This document shows, piece after piece, positions 1 to 8,479 of a DNA stretch of 32,000 bases. Origin of the DNA: Vibrio alginolyticus NBRC 15630 = ATCC 17749. Its GTDB lineage: Bacteria; Pseudomonadota; Gammaproteobacteria; Enterobacterales; Vibrionaceae. The translations under genes were made by a program, and so were the position numbers. Each line of letters begins with the position of its first letter. The first letter of the stretch is position 1. The DNA lies in contig NC_022359.1 of NCBI RefSeq assembly GCF_000354175.2, positions 720,001 through 752,000 of the forward strand. Direction: 5' to 3'. The notes beneath the pieces were generated by a model. The model had not been told where the DNA came from. It was given only the letters and a program-made list of their open reading frames with translations, and did not search any database.

Positions 1-396
1 TCAGTCAGTGCTGACTATTATTGTGCCGATGAATACAACGCGAATGTATGCGCAGACTTGGTTCGTATTGGACAGAAAACTGCATCGTGCAGTTTGGAGC
101 TTTGGTATCGAGAACATGGTGAAACCATGCCCCAAGTCGGTCATTTACAAGTAGTGACGAATTGGGATGGGGACCCGGTTTGCGTGATACGAATTACTGA
201 CGTAAGTACATGCAAATATGAGAATGTAACCGCAGAGTTTGCCTACGCAGAAGGCGAAGGTGATAGAACCTTAAACTGGTGGCGTGATGCTCATACTGCA
301 TTTTTTAAAGCTGAATGCGATGAGTTGAACATCGATTGGCATGAGAAACGTACGCTGGTTTTAGAGCGTTTTGAAGTGGTGTATCCCGTCAATTAA
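1..396 (+). CDS. ASCH domain-containing protein (5' end cut by window edge)
   Basis: Frame 1 is open from nt 1: SVSADYYCADEYNANVCADL precedes the ORF-track start at 58. The pattern GQKTASCS ... PVCVIRITDV ... FAYAEGEGDRTLNWWRDAHTAFF is what I associate with ASCH/PUA-like small proteins. The stop at 394-396 is followed by a hairpin terminator. Confidence 0.7.
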   Translation, partial: SVSADYYCADEYNANVCADLVRIGQKTASCSLELWYREHGETMPQVGHLQVVTNWDGDPVCVIRITDVSTCKYENVTAEFAYAEGEGDRTLNWWRDAHTAFFKAECDELNIDWHEKRTLVLERFEVVYPVN

Positions 397-404
397 TCTC
401 TGAT

Positions 405-436
405 AGCAGCACTGATTTGAAGTGCTGCTTTCTTTA
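405..436. terminator. Hairpin terminator shared by convergent genes
   Basis: Perfect 9-bp stem AGCAGCACT (405-413) / AGTGCTGCT (421-429) with a 7-nt loop, followed by the T-rich TTCTTT. It lies between the ASCH stop (396) and the methyltransferase stop (451). Confidence 0.6.
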
Positions 437-450
437 CTGAGAGACCATTT

Positions 451-1038
451 TTAGCGCTTTCGAGCGGTCACACTAAACATGTGCCAATGTTTTTGGCTTC
501 CTACTACAGTGGTCCCGTCTTCATCTCTTTCATGCAATGAAATGAGGTCGTAACCTTCGAATAAGCTTTCCACTTCCTTTTTTGTTAATGCGGTAATGTT
601 TGGGTGCATTTCGGAGGTAACCCAGGAGTCTTTCACTCCCAAGAAATCGCCGCAGAAGATACCGCCCGGTTGTAATGCGCTGTCTATTTTTGTCCAGACT
701 TGTTTGAAGCCTGTATCAGGGCAAAAGAACAAACTGGCATTTGCGATAACCAAGCTGCACTGAGGGTAATTAAATTCAGTAAAACAGCACTGCGAAACCG
801 AAAATCGTTTATTACCTTCAAAGCGTGTTAAACAAGTTTTTACTGCATCTTCATTGCTATCACATGCGTGAACCTTAAATCCCTGTTCGAGTAGAAAGTG
901 GCTGTCTCGACCTATTCCGCAGCCAATATCAAGAGCGACTTTGCCTTCTATCTTAAGTTGGTTTACGGCATTTTCCACGTTTGGGCGGTGAGGTTGGCTT
1001 AAAATTTTCTGATAGTATTCATTCCATTGCGCTGGCAT
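451..1038 (-). CDS. Class I SAM-dependent methyltransferase
   Basis: 195-aa ORF. It has the SAM-binding motif I VALDIGCGIGRDSHFL followed by an acidic loop (KVHACDSNEDAV), and a size typical of TehB-like small methyltransferases. Confidence 0.8.
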   Translation of the reverse strand: MPAQWNEYYQKILSQPHRPNVENAVNQLKIEGKVALDIGCGIGRDSHFLLEQGFKVHACDSNEDAVKTCLTRFEGNKRFSVSQCCFTEFNYPQCSLVIANASLFFCPDTGFKQVWTKIDSALQPGGIFCGDFLGVKDSWVTSEMHPNITALTKKEVESLFEGYDLISLHERDEDGTTVVGSQKHWHMFSVTARKR

Positions 1039-1128
1039 TGAACTTCCTTATGTTGGTTGTGTCCCCTGCCCAAAACTAGCGTCCATTTTGTTTTGCTTGA
1101 CTGGGGAGGTTTGCAGTATTGGCAGCTG

Positions 1129-2646
1129 TTATAGCTGATCTTCAATCGGTAATATTCCGGAGAACCAAGCGCCCATTTTTCGCCATACTCCTGCTTCTGG
1201 TTCGGAGTCGTATTCTTCGCCTGTTTTTACGTCGGTCCAGACAATGTCCCCGTCGCGCAGAGTTAAGGCATAGGCGTTACTCGACAGTTGATTCGGCAGT
1301 TGTTCTAGAAACATTTGCACATATTCTGGCTGTTCGATAACAACGGCCATTTCGGTATTCAAAGCGGCCGAACGTGGGTCCCAGTTCATCGAACCAACGA
1401 AAAGTGTTTTGTTATCAATCGTCATTGCTTTAGCGTGTAAACTTGCTCTGCTACTCCCCGTGAGGCTCCACTTACTTTTGAGTTTTGCGCTCGCTTTTAC
1501 TTCCCAAAGCTTGATTCCAGCTTCGAGTAGATCTTTTCGATATTTTGCGTACCAACCATGCACGGCAAACACATCGTTAGACGCGAGGCTATTGGTCACA
1601 ATCGTGATATCAACGCCTCGCTTGGCCGCGTTACTTAATGCTTGAGTACCTACTTCAGTTGGAACGAAATAGGGAGAGATGAGCACAAATGAATCCTCAA
1701 CACTTTTAACCAGCTCCGTTAAATTATCAATAAGTTGGCTCTCTCGGGTCGCGACTTTATCGGGCAGATCAAACCATACTTTCGCTTCTCCCCAGTAGAG
1801 CTTGAGTTTGCCTTGTTTTAGATCTTGGTACATATCCAGTTGAGTGAAGTCATAGCGGCCGGTTGAAAACTTTTCCTCTAACCGGAGTTTATTGACCTGC
1901 TTTTGAATCGCTTGGTCGGTAATTTGCTGTGAATTCGGTGTAATCCATTCCATTGGTATCGAATAGGCGCTATTCCAGTAGAGGTCGAACTGATCGGCAG
2001 TTTGTTGTACCGCCTCACCATAGAGCAGAAGATCAAAATCACCAAACTCAACTTGCGATTCAAAAGAGAAGTATTCATTGCCGATATTTCTACCTCCGAC
2101 AATGGCGGAAACACTGTCTGCAATCAGAGACTTATTGTGCATACGACGATTAAGACGTTCAAAATCGCTAGCAAGAGCGAACCAACGGGAGTCGCGATAC
2201 TGATGCGGGTTAAATAAGCGGATTTCTATATTAGGATGTGCATTGAGGGCAGCCATCACATCGTCGTTTCGCTTTTGCATATCGTCAAGCAACAGCCTTA
2301 CTCGAACACCACGCTTTGCCGCTTCATACAAGCGCCACGTTATTAGCTGACTCGTTTCGTCACCACGGTAAATATAGTATTGAAGATCAAGGCTTTTCTG
2401 GGCGGACTCGATCAAAGAGGTTCGAGCAAGAAGGGCATCGTGTCCCTGATTTAACGGTGCAAAGCCAGTTATGGACTTAGGGTCTCTCCCGTAAGCTTCA
2501 AAGTACTGCGCAAGAACAGAATCCTTTTGATAACCGAGCTGAAAGCTGGTGGACTTTTCACTGGCGTCATTCAACGATACGGATGAGCATGCCGATAAAA
2601 TAGTGAGCAGCGAGGGGAAGAGCAACTTGGCGAGCGTTTGTAACAA
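1129..2646 (-). CDS. Phospholipase D family lipoprotein (two HKD motifs)
   Basis: 505-aa ORF with two HxKxxxxD motifs, HNKSLIAD and HAKAMTID, each followed by a GG/GS..N segment. The N-terminal signal has a lipobox (LTILSAC). The longest ORF uses a TTG start at 2646, and the nearby ATG is out of frame. Confidence 0.85.
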   Translation of the reverse strand: MLQTLAKLLFPSLLTILSACSSVSLNDASEKSTSFQLGYQKDSVLAQYFEAYGRDPKSITGFAPLNQGHDALLARTSLIESAQKSLDLQYYIYRGDETSQLITWRLYEAAKRGVRVRLLLDDMQKRNDDVMAALNAHPNIEIRLFNPHQYRDSRWFALASDFERLNRRMHNKSLIADSVSAIVGGRNIGNEYFSFESQVEFGDFDLLLYGEAVQQTADQFDLYWNSAYSIPMEWITPNSQQITDQAIQKQVNKLRLEEKFSTGRYDFTQLDMYQDLKQGKLKLYWGEAKVWFDLPDKVATRESQLIDNLTELVKSVEDSFVLISPYFVPTEVGTQALSNAAKRGVDITIVTNSLASNDVFAVHGWYAKYRKDLLEAGIKLWEVKASAKLKSKWSLTGSSRASLHAKAMTIDNKTLFVGSMNWDPRSAALNTEMAVVIEQPEYVQMFLEQLPNQLSSNAYALTLRDGDIVWTDVKTGEEYDSEPEAGVWRKMGAWFSGILPIEDQL

Positions 2647-2824
2647 AGCACATTTCCTTGTCTTACAGAGTGTTACCTACTCCAAATTATAGACTTAAGC
2701 TGACGCCACATGCACCCAGAACCGTTTGATAACGAGCGATTAATCAATGAATTGCCATAGAGCCTGCACTAAGTTCAACTTTTAGAGCGCAGATAATCAT
2801 TTATTTTAATTATCATTATGGCCG

Positions 2825-2865
2825 TATTGGTCATAATCACTAATATCTGGTGATTATGACCAATA
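2825..2865. promoter_or_regulatory. 16-bp perfect inverted repeat (candidate regulator binding site / UAS)
   Basis: TATTGGTCATAATCAC (2825-2840), a 9-nt spacer, then GTGATTATGACCAATA (2850-2865); the arms are exact reverse complements. It sits in the divergent PLD / MFP-RND intergenic region. Its centre is about 80 nt upstream of the sigma54-like -24 element. Confidence 0.5.
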
Positions 2866-2924
2866 GCACACTGGATAAAATAATGCTTTTTATATAACCA
2901 TATGATTTCTAATAAATAAATGCT

Positions 2925-2940
2925 TGGCATGTCATTTGCT
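2925..2940 (+). promoter_or_regulatory. Candidate sigma54 (-24/-12) promoter upstream of the MFP-RND pair
   Basis: TGGCATG-TCAT-TTGCT matches the consensus TGGCACG-N4-TTGCW at all but one position. The GG (2926-2927) and GC (2938-2939) are separated by exactly 10 nt. The site is about 225 nt upstream of the MFP start, so it implies a long leader. Confidence 0.45.
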
Positions 2941-3164
2941 GTTTAGAATAAAAGTTAAGTCAGAGCAACTTGCGCAGTTGGTTAATTTTTTGTTAATTTT
3001 ATTAACTTTAAATTGGCAATAACTATCTAGTTCGCTGCTTAAAAGACTAGGCAAGTGCCGCTTTGATGTTTATTCAAATTCAATTCTCTCACCACCATGC
3101 TTACCGGGAGCAATGGACTGAATAAAAGTGTGGTGTTGAAAACAACAATAAAAAAGGATTTTCG

Positions 3165-4322
3165 ATGTTAGCAAAACCCATATTACGTTGGCTTTTACCC
3201 TTCGTCGTCGTTGGAGGCTCTTATGCAGGATATGCTGCAATTGCCGCAACTGCGCCGGAAAAAGAGTCAACCAAAGATGCAATTACAGAACCTACTGTTC
3301 AGGCTTCTTCTCTTTTTCCTACCGATCACAAAGTGGTGATTACCAGTCACGGTGAATTAGTCCCTTTTGAAAAAACACACCTTTCCGCGCAAGTTAGTGG
3401 TGAAGTTAAAAGTTGGCACCCGAATTTTGTGACGGGTGGCATCGTAAAACGAGGAGAGGTTCTTTTCACAATTGAAAGTGACAACTATGAAGCGTCGGTT
3501 TTACAAGCTGAAGCCGATTTAGCTAGTGCACGCGCAAACTTGATTGAGGAACAAGCGAAAGCCGAAGTGGCAAAACGTCAGGCAAAGAGACTGAGCGATA
3601 AGCAAGTGACGGATCTGTATTTACGCAAGCCTCACGTTTTGAGCGCACAAGCGCAAGTGAAGTCGGCTCAAGCGGCACTCAAACGAGCAAAAAGAGAGTT
3701 AGAAAATTGCAAAGTAGTTGCACCTTACGATGCGCTGGTTGTTGAGCGTGATATTGGTGTTGGTCAATTTGTTACATCTGGTTCTCGAGTTGCCACGTTA
3801 AACAACATCGAAGTGGCAGAGGTGCACGTACCCATTGCCGGTTTTGATAGTGCATTTTTACCCGAATCCATTGGTGAACTCACTGCGACAGTGACGCAGC
3901 AAGGTGTGTTTTCTACCACTAGAGAAGGTCGAGTAGTTCGTGATCTAGGCATGATTGATAGCGCTACCCGAATGATTAACATGGTCATTCAAATCGCGGA
4001 CCCATACGGTGTCGATAACCAGCAGCCTCCAATTAAATTCGGCTCCTACGTTGAAGTGAGCTTCACTGGTAAGGAACTTAAGCACATCTACCGCTTGCCA
4101 CAGGAATTAGTTAAAAACCGTACCGTGTGGGTGGTGAATGGCGATAATCAACTTCAACCCAGAACTGTCACGGTTTTGAGAGCAGAAGGTGAGTTTTTGC
4201 TGGTGGGCGAAGGCTTAGAGCAAAGTGATAAGTTGGTACTGACCTTACCAGAGTACCCTCAAAAAGGCATGGCGGTACAAATCGCAAAAAAGAGTGACGA
4301 CTCCGAAACCGTCGTACAGTAA
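3165..4322 (+). CDS. Efflux RND transporter periplasmic adaptor subunit (MFP/HlyD family)
   Basis: 385 aa with an N-terminal membrane anchor (ILRWLLPFVVVGGSYAGYAAIAA). It has a coiled-coil hairpin segment (EASVLQAEADLASARANLIEEQAKAEVAKRQ ... AQAQVKSAQAALKRAKRELE) flanked by beta-rich segments. An AAGGA SD lies upstream. The gene ends 13 nt before the RND gene. Confidence 0.9.
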   Translation: MLAKPILRWLLPFVVVGGSYAGYAAIAATAPEKESTKDAITEPTVQASSLFPTDHKVVITSHGELVPFEKTHLSAQVSGEVKSWHPNFVTGGIVKRGEVLFTIESDNYEASVLQAEADLASARANLIEEQAKAEVAKRQAKRLSDKQVTDLYLRKPHVLSAQAQVKSAQAALKRAKRELENCKVVAPYDALVVERDIGVGQFVTSGSRVATLNNIEVAEVHVPIAGFDSAFLPESIGELTATVTQQGVFSTTREGRVVRDLGMIDSATRMINMVIQIADPYGVDNQQPPIKFGSYVEVSFTGKELKHIYRLPQELVKNRTVWVVNGDNQLQPRTVTVLRAEGEFLLVGEGLEQSDKLVLTLPEYPQKGMAVQIAKKSDDSETVVQ

Positions 4323-4335
4323 GTAGGAGTTTGTC

Positions 4336-7300
4336 ATGGAAGATACTAAACAAAAGGGCTTAATTGCCTATTTTGCGAATAACCCCGTCGCTGCCAACCT
4401 TTTGATGGTGTTCATCATTATCATGGGTGTGGTGAGTTTTCTCTTTATTCAAAGGCAGATGTTTCCGAATATTGAGGTGAACTACATTGATGTTCGTGCG
4501 GCTTATCCTGGCGCTTCTCCTCAAGAGATAGAAGAGAGTATTCTCGTTAAGGTCGAGGAATCGATTAAAGACGTCACCGGGATTAAAAAAGCAGTCTCAA
4601 CGGCCTCTAGAGGTAGCGCGTATGTTTCTATCGAGGTAGACGTTAATGCCGATATCAAGCGTGTCTTAGATGATGTAAATCAACGTATTGATACCTTGTC
4701 TAACTTACCAGCGGGTATGGAACCAATCAATGTTTACCAAGTTGAATGGCGCCAAGATGTAATCGAAATGGGATTAGTCGGGGACCGACCGCTCGAGGAG
4801 CTTAAACCGATTGCTAAGCAAATCGAAGATGAATTACTTCAGTTAGAAAACGTCATGCTGGTGTATCTGAGTGCGCCAGAAGAAGAAATAGCGATTGAAG
4901 TTGACCCACTTGTTCTTCGTAAATACGACCTGACGTTGAGCGATATCAGCAGCGCGATCAGCCGTTACTCAGCCAACTTTTCTGCGGGCGAAGTAAAAAC
5001 AAACTCAGGGATGATTGCAGTAAGGATTGAAAACCAATACTACCGTGGTGATGAGTTTAGAAATATTCCTGTAAAGCTTGGCGCAAATGGTGCAAAGGTT
5101 CTGTTGCAAGATATTGCCACAATAAAAGATGGCTTTACGGAAGAAGAGCGCTACTTTGAATACTCAGGTCAAAATGCGATCTACATGTCTGTTGAAGCAA
5201 CTCGTGATCAGAACATTATCCCTGTTGCACAGTCCGTTCGTAATTATATTGAAGCAAAAAACAAGACATTGCCGCAGGATGTTAAGCTCAAAGTCTTGGT
5301 TGATACGACTTATTATTTAAATGGGCGTCTCGACATGATGTTGAAAAACTTGCTGCAAGGCGCTGCATTAGTCGCGATTATGCTGACCATTTTCCTACGT
5401 TTCCGCTTGGCTATGTGGGTAATGATCGGCTTACCAGTGTGTTTCCTTGGTGCGGTGATGATGATGCCAGCTTTGGGTATTACAGTGAACATCGTCTCGC
5501 TGTTCGCTTTCATCATGGTGCTCGGTATTGTAGTTGATGACGCCATCGTGATGGGAGAGAGCGCTTACAGCGAAATTGAAGAAAAAGGCGGTGGCGTCGA
5601 AAACGTGGTTCGTGGTGTAAAACGTGTTGCCACACCAGCCACTTTCGGTGTGTTAACCACAATTGCGGTGTTTGCCCCTTTCTTGTTGTCTAGCGGTATT
5701 GATAGTGCCTTCTTTTATGGTATTGCGGGGGTCGTGATTCTTTGTTTGATCTTCAGTTTGATTGAATCAAAGTTGATCCTACCAGCGCACTTGGCGCATA
5801 CCCATTTTAAGCCAGTTAAACCAGGTGGCTGGCGTGACCGATTTAACCAACGTTTTTTGGTTTTGTAAATGGTCCATATCGTAACTTTGTAACAACATGC
5901 ACCCATTGGCGCTGGACAGTGTTTGCGGTGTTCTGTGGTTTACTGCTGATCAGCGCGGCTTTGATCAACGCGAATTATGTTCGGGTGATCCCTAACCCTA
6001 AAGTGCCGACTGACTATCCTGCGATCACTATTGAAATGAATGATACCGTTTCAAGTGAGCAGACAATCAGTGCACTCAAGACTATTGAACGTGTCATGCA
6101 AAAGATCGAATCTGAGACCATTGCAGAACATGGTCAAGGAATGATTCGTGATGTGCTGTCGTACAACAGAAGCCGCACCGAAGGTCGTGTATTAGTACCT
6201 CTGGTTGATGAAGAGTTACGCCCGTTCAATACATTTGAACTGGCTCGACGTTGGCGTGAAGCTATGCCTGTTATTCCAGGTATGAAGAGCATCAAAATCC
6301 GCGAGCAGAGTGCGGGTGGTGGTGACAGGGATGAGTTTGGCTACTTGTTGTTTGGTTCTAACATCAATGAGCTCAACGAGGCTGGGCGTTACTTGATAGA
6401 GCGTTTACAGCAGGAAGAAGGGTTATATGATATTTCATCTTCTATTGATTCTGGAAGCAAAGAAGTACTCCTGTCTCTTGCGCCTGTAGCGTACGATCTC
6501 GGTCTGGATCTTACCATGATCGCAGAGCAAGTTGGTGGCAGCTTTTATGGTGGCGAAGCACAGCGCATTATTCGTGATGGTGAAGAAATTAAAGTTATGG
6601 TGCGTTACCCGCAATTGACGCGTGAAGCATTCTCATCATTGCGTTACGCTGTGATTACCACACCAGCAGGTAAGAAGGTCATGCTAGGTGATGTGGTGAA
6701 GATCAACGAGCAGCCGGGCGTGAGTAGCATTCGACGTGAAGGCGGGTATCAAACCGTTTATGTCTATGGTTCGATAGACGAAGAATTGGTTGAACCTCAA
6801 GAAATCGTGAAGGTCATTGACGACAATATCTTACCGGATATGAAGCAAGCGTTCTCGAGTGTGAAAACAGAATTGGGTGGTGATATTGAAGAGCAGGCTG
6901 CGCAGCGTAATGAACAGATTTTGTTCTTTATTGCAGGCATGATCATCGTCTACATCTTGTTAGCTGTACCGTTAAAAAGTTATACCCAACCTTTGATTGT
7001 AATGTCCGTCATTCCGTTTAGTCTGACGGGGGCGATTTGGGGCCATTTCTGGCTAGGTTTAGACATCAGTATGATGTCGACATTTGGTTTGATCGCCGCT
7101 GCTGGCGTGGTTATCAACGACTCTCTGGTTATGACAGATTACGTAAACCAAGTGAGAGAAAAGGGTATGAACATCAAACAAGCGGTTGTTGAGGCGGGTT
7201 GTGCTCGTTTTCGAGCTATCACGCTCACCTCAATAACGACGTTTGCGGGTGTATTGCCGATAATGTTTGAAACGAGTTTGCAGGCGCGTTTTGTCATACC

Positions 7301-7493
7301 GATGGCTGTCGCTTTGGGCTTTGCGGTGTTGTACGCAACGGTTCTGACTTTAGTGTTGGTGCCTTGTTTGTATTTAATGCTTGAAGATATGAAAAATATT
7401 TTCAGATCGATTAAGAGGTTTATCCATCGTTTGATTAATCGTTTCAGAAAGTCGCCAGTGACGTCGAGCGTTGAAGCAAGCGTATCGAGTTAA
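4336..7493 (+). pseudogene. Efflux RND permease (AcrB/AcrD/AcrF superfamily) interrupted by a 1-nt frameshift
   Basis: Two fragments are present: 4336-5868 (frame 1, 510 aa) and 5919-7493 (frame 3, which is open from about 5850). Reading across the T6 run at 5853-5858 gives ...WRDRFNQRF/FGFVNGPYRNFVTTCTHWRWTVFAVFCGLLLISAA. This aligns with the intact paralog (...FENFRNTTLVNAVDKVVEYRYAFMGGVVALLLISAA). One extra T would restore a 1052-aa protein. An AGGAG SD precedes 4336. Confidence 0.85.
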
Positions 7494-7516
7494 CAAGCTT
7501 GATGTTAACGATTAGG

Positions 7517-7540
7517 AGCAGCCTTCGGGCTGCTTTTTTG
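7517..7540 (+). terminator. Rho-independent terminator of the MFP-RND unit
   Basis: Stem AGCAGCC (7517-7523) / GGCTGCT (7528-7534), loop TTCG, then T6 (7534-7539). It begins 24 nt after the RND stop. Confidence 0.8.
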
Positions 7541-7752
7541 TTTCCGCATTTTGATTCAAAGTGATTTTTTAGTGGGCAGTTACGTAGTTATCTGATGAGA
7601 AAACTGCCTGACAAAGTATTTCTAATGTGTATGTTTCTAATGTTTTAAATTCGTATGGTTAATTTGACACTTGGTTAGCGAAATTTACCAGACGAAGATA
7701 ACGTTGAACATGAGGGTTTGTTTAAGTTGTTGAAAAATAACAAAATAAAAGT

Positions 7753-7768
7753 TGGCATCGTATGTGCA
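7753..7768 (+). promoter_or_regulatory. Candidate sigma54 (-24/-12) promoter for the 88-aa gene
   Basis: TGGCAT-CGTAT-GTGCA with GG (7754-7755) and GC (7766-7767) separated by 10 nt. It lies 50 nt upstream of the ATG at 7818. It is a weaker match than the site at 2925: the -12 reads GTGCA rather than TTGCA. Confidence 0.35.
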
Positions 7769-7817
7769 ATATATAAGTTGTAATTAAAATTAACTGCTAA
7801 TCCTCAAGGAGCTTATT

Positions 7818-8084
7818 ATGAAAAGCGTATTTCTATCTACTCTAAGTCTTATTGCTGTAATGTCATCACCGATCGCTGCTGCTAACACTTTAGACAAAGA
7901 GGAGTGGAGCTCAGATTTACGTCAGGACTTTTCTGAGATGAAACATGAAGCTATAGCAGATATTCAGCAAATGAACATGGATGCCATTCACGCACGTGAT
8001 GAGCGTATCGTGAAAAACATTAAAGATGAGCAAGAACAGTTAGTAAAGGTAACGTGCCACAAAGAGAAAGCAAGCAAGTCATAA
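7818..8084 (+). CDS. Small secreted/periplasmic protein, unknown function
   Basis: 88 aa. An AAGGAG SD (7806-7811) lies 6 nt upstream of the ATG. There is a clear signal peptide, MKSVFLSTLSLIAVMSSPIAAA. The mature part is charged and predicted helical. It has its own terminator. I recognise no family. Confidence 0.6.
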   Translation: MKSVFLSTLSLIAVMSSPIAAANTLDKEEWSSDLRQDFSEMKHEAIADIQQMNMDAIHARDERIVKNIKDEQEQLVKVTCHKEKASKS

Positions 8085-8173
8085 ACGCCGATAAAAGAGA
8101 CTAACAGACGAAAATGAATCCAATACGAGTTCGGTGTTAGTTAGCAGTAAGCACTGACCTTGTTGCTCTACTT

Positions 8174-8200
8174 GCCAGCCTTTTAAGGCTGGCTTTTTTG
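8174..8200 (+). terminator. Rho-independent terminator of the 88-aa gene
   Basis: Stem GCCAGCC (8174-8180) / GGCTGGC (8187-8193), loop TTTTAA, then T6 (8194-8199). Confidence 0.75.
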
Positions 8201-8479
8201 TTTCTCATTTCATGGGTAGGGATCAGATCCTCAAGCTCATTATCAATAGTTGGCGTGTTTGATGAGCTATTGCTGGATGGAGCGGATGTAACTTTTAAAA
8301 GTGTAGATTTCAGTAAAGTGGAGGTGATGTTAGATATTTAAAATTTAGAAAAGATCCGATCTCCTTTTTGACCTTCATAATACCTTAGTATGTGGCTTAC
8401 CTTTACTTGAATTAGAACTCATATTGCAGGCTCTCGTTTAAAGGTATTGATGCATATTTGAAGAATAAGAGATAGACAT

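Noticed and set aside
2792-2820. Fur-box-like sequences (GATAATCATT at 2792-2801; TATTTTAATTATCATTATG at 2802-2820).
   Set aside because: The best alignment to the 19-bp consensus GATAATGATAATCATTATC is only 13 of 19 by my count. The region is very AT-rich, so a chance match is likely. I do not call it without a PWM score or Fur binding data.
3066-3125. A 19-codon upstream ORF (MFIQIQFSHHHAYREQWTE) 40 nt before the MFP start, considered as a possible leader peptide for pump induction.
   Set aside because: It has no SD and no obvious attenuator or terminator structure coupled to it. Short ORFs of this size are expected by chance. It would need ribosome profiling to be taken seriously.
5853-5868. 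Programmed -1 ribosomal frameshifting as the primary explanation for the split RND gene.
   Set aside because: The heptamer T_TTT_TTG is formally slippery. However, I see no downstream stem-loop or pseudoknot and no properly spaced upstream SD-like stimulator. A homopolymer indel, whether real or a sequencing error, is the simpler explanation. It is kept only as an alternative in the finding.
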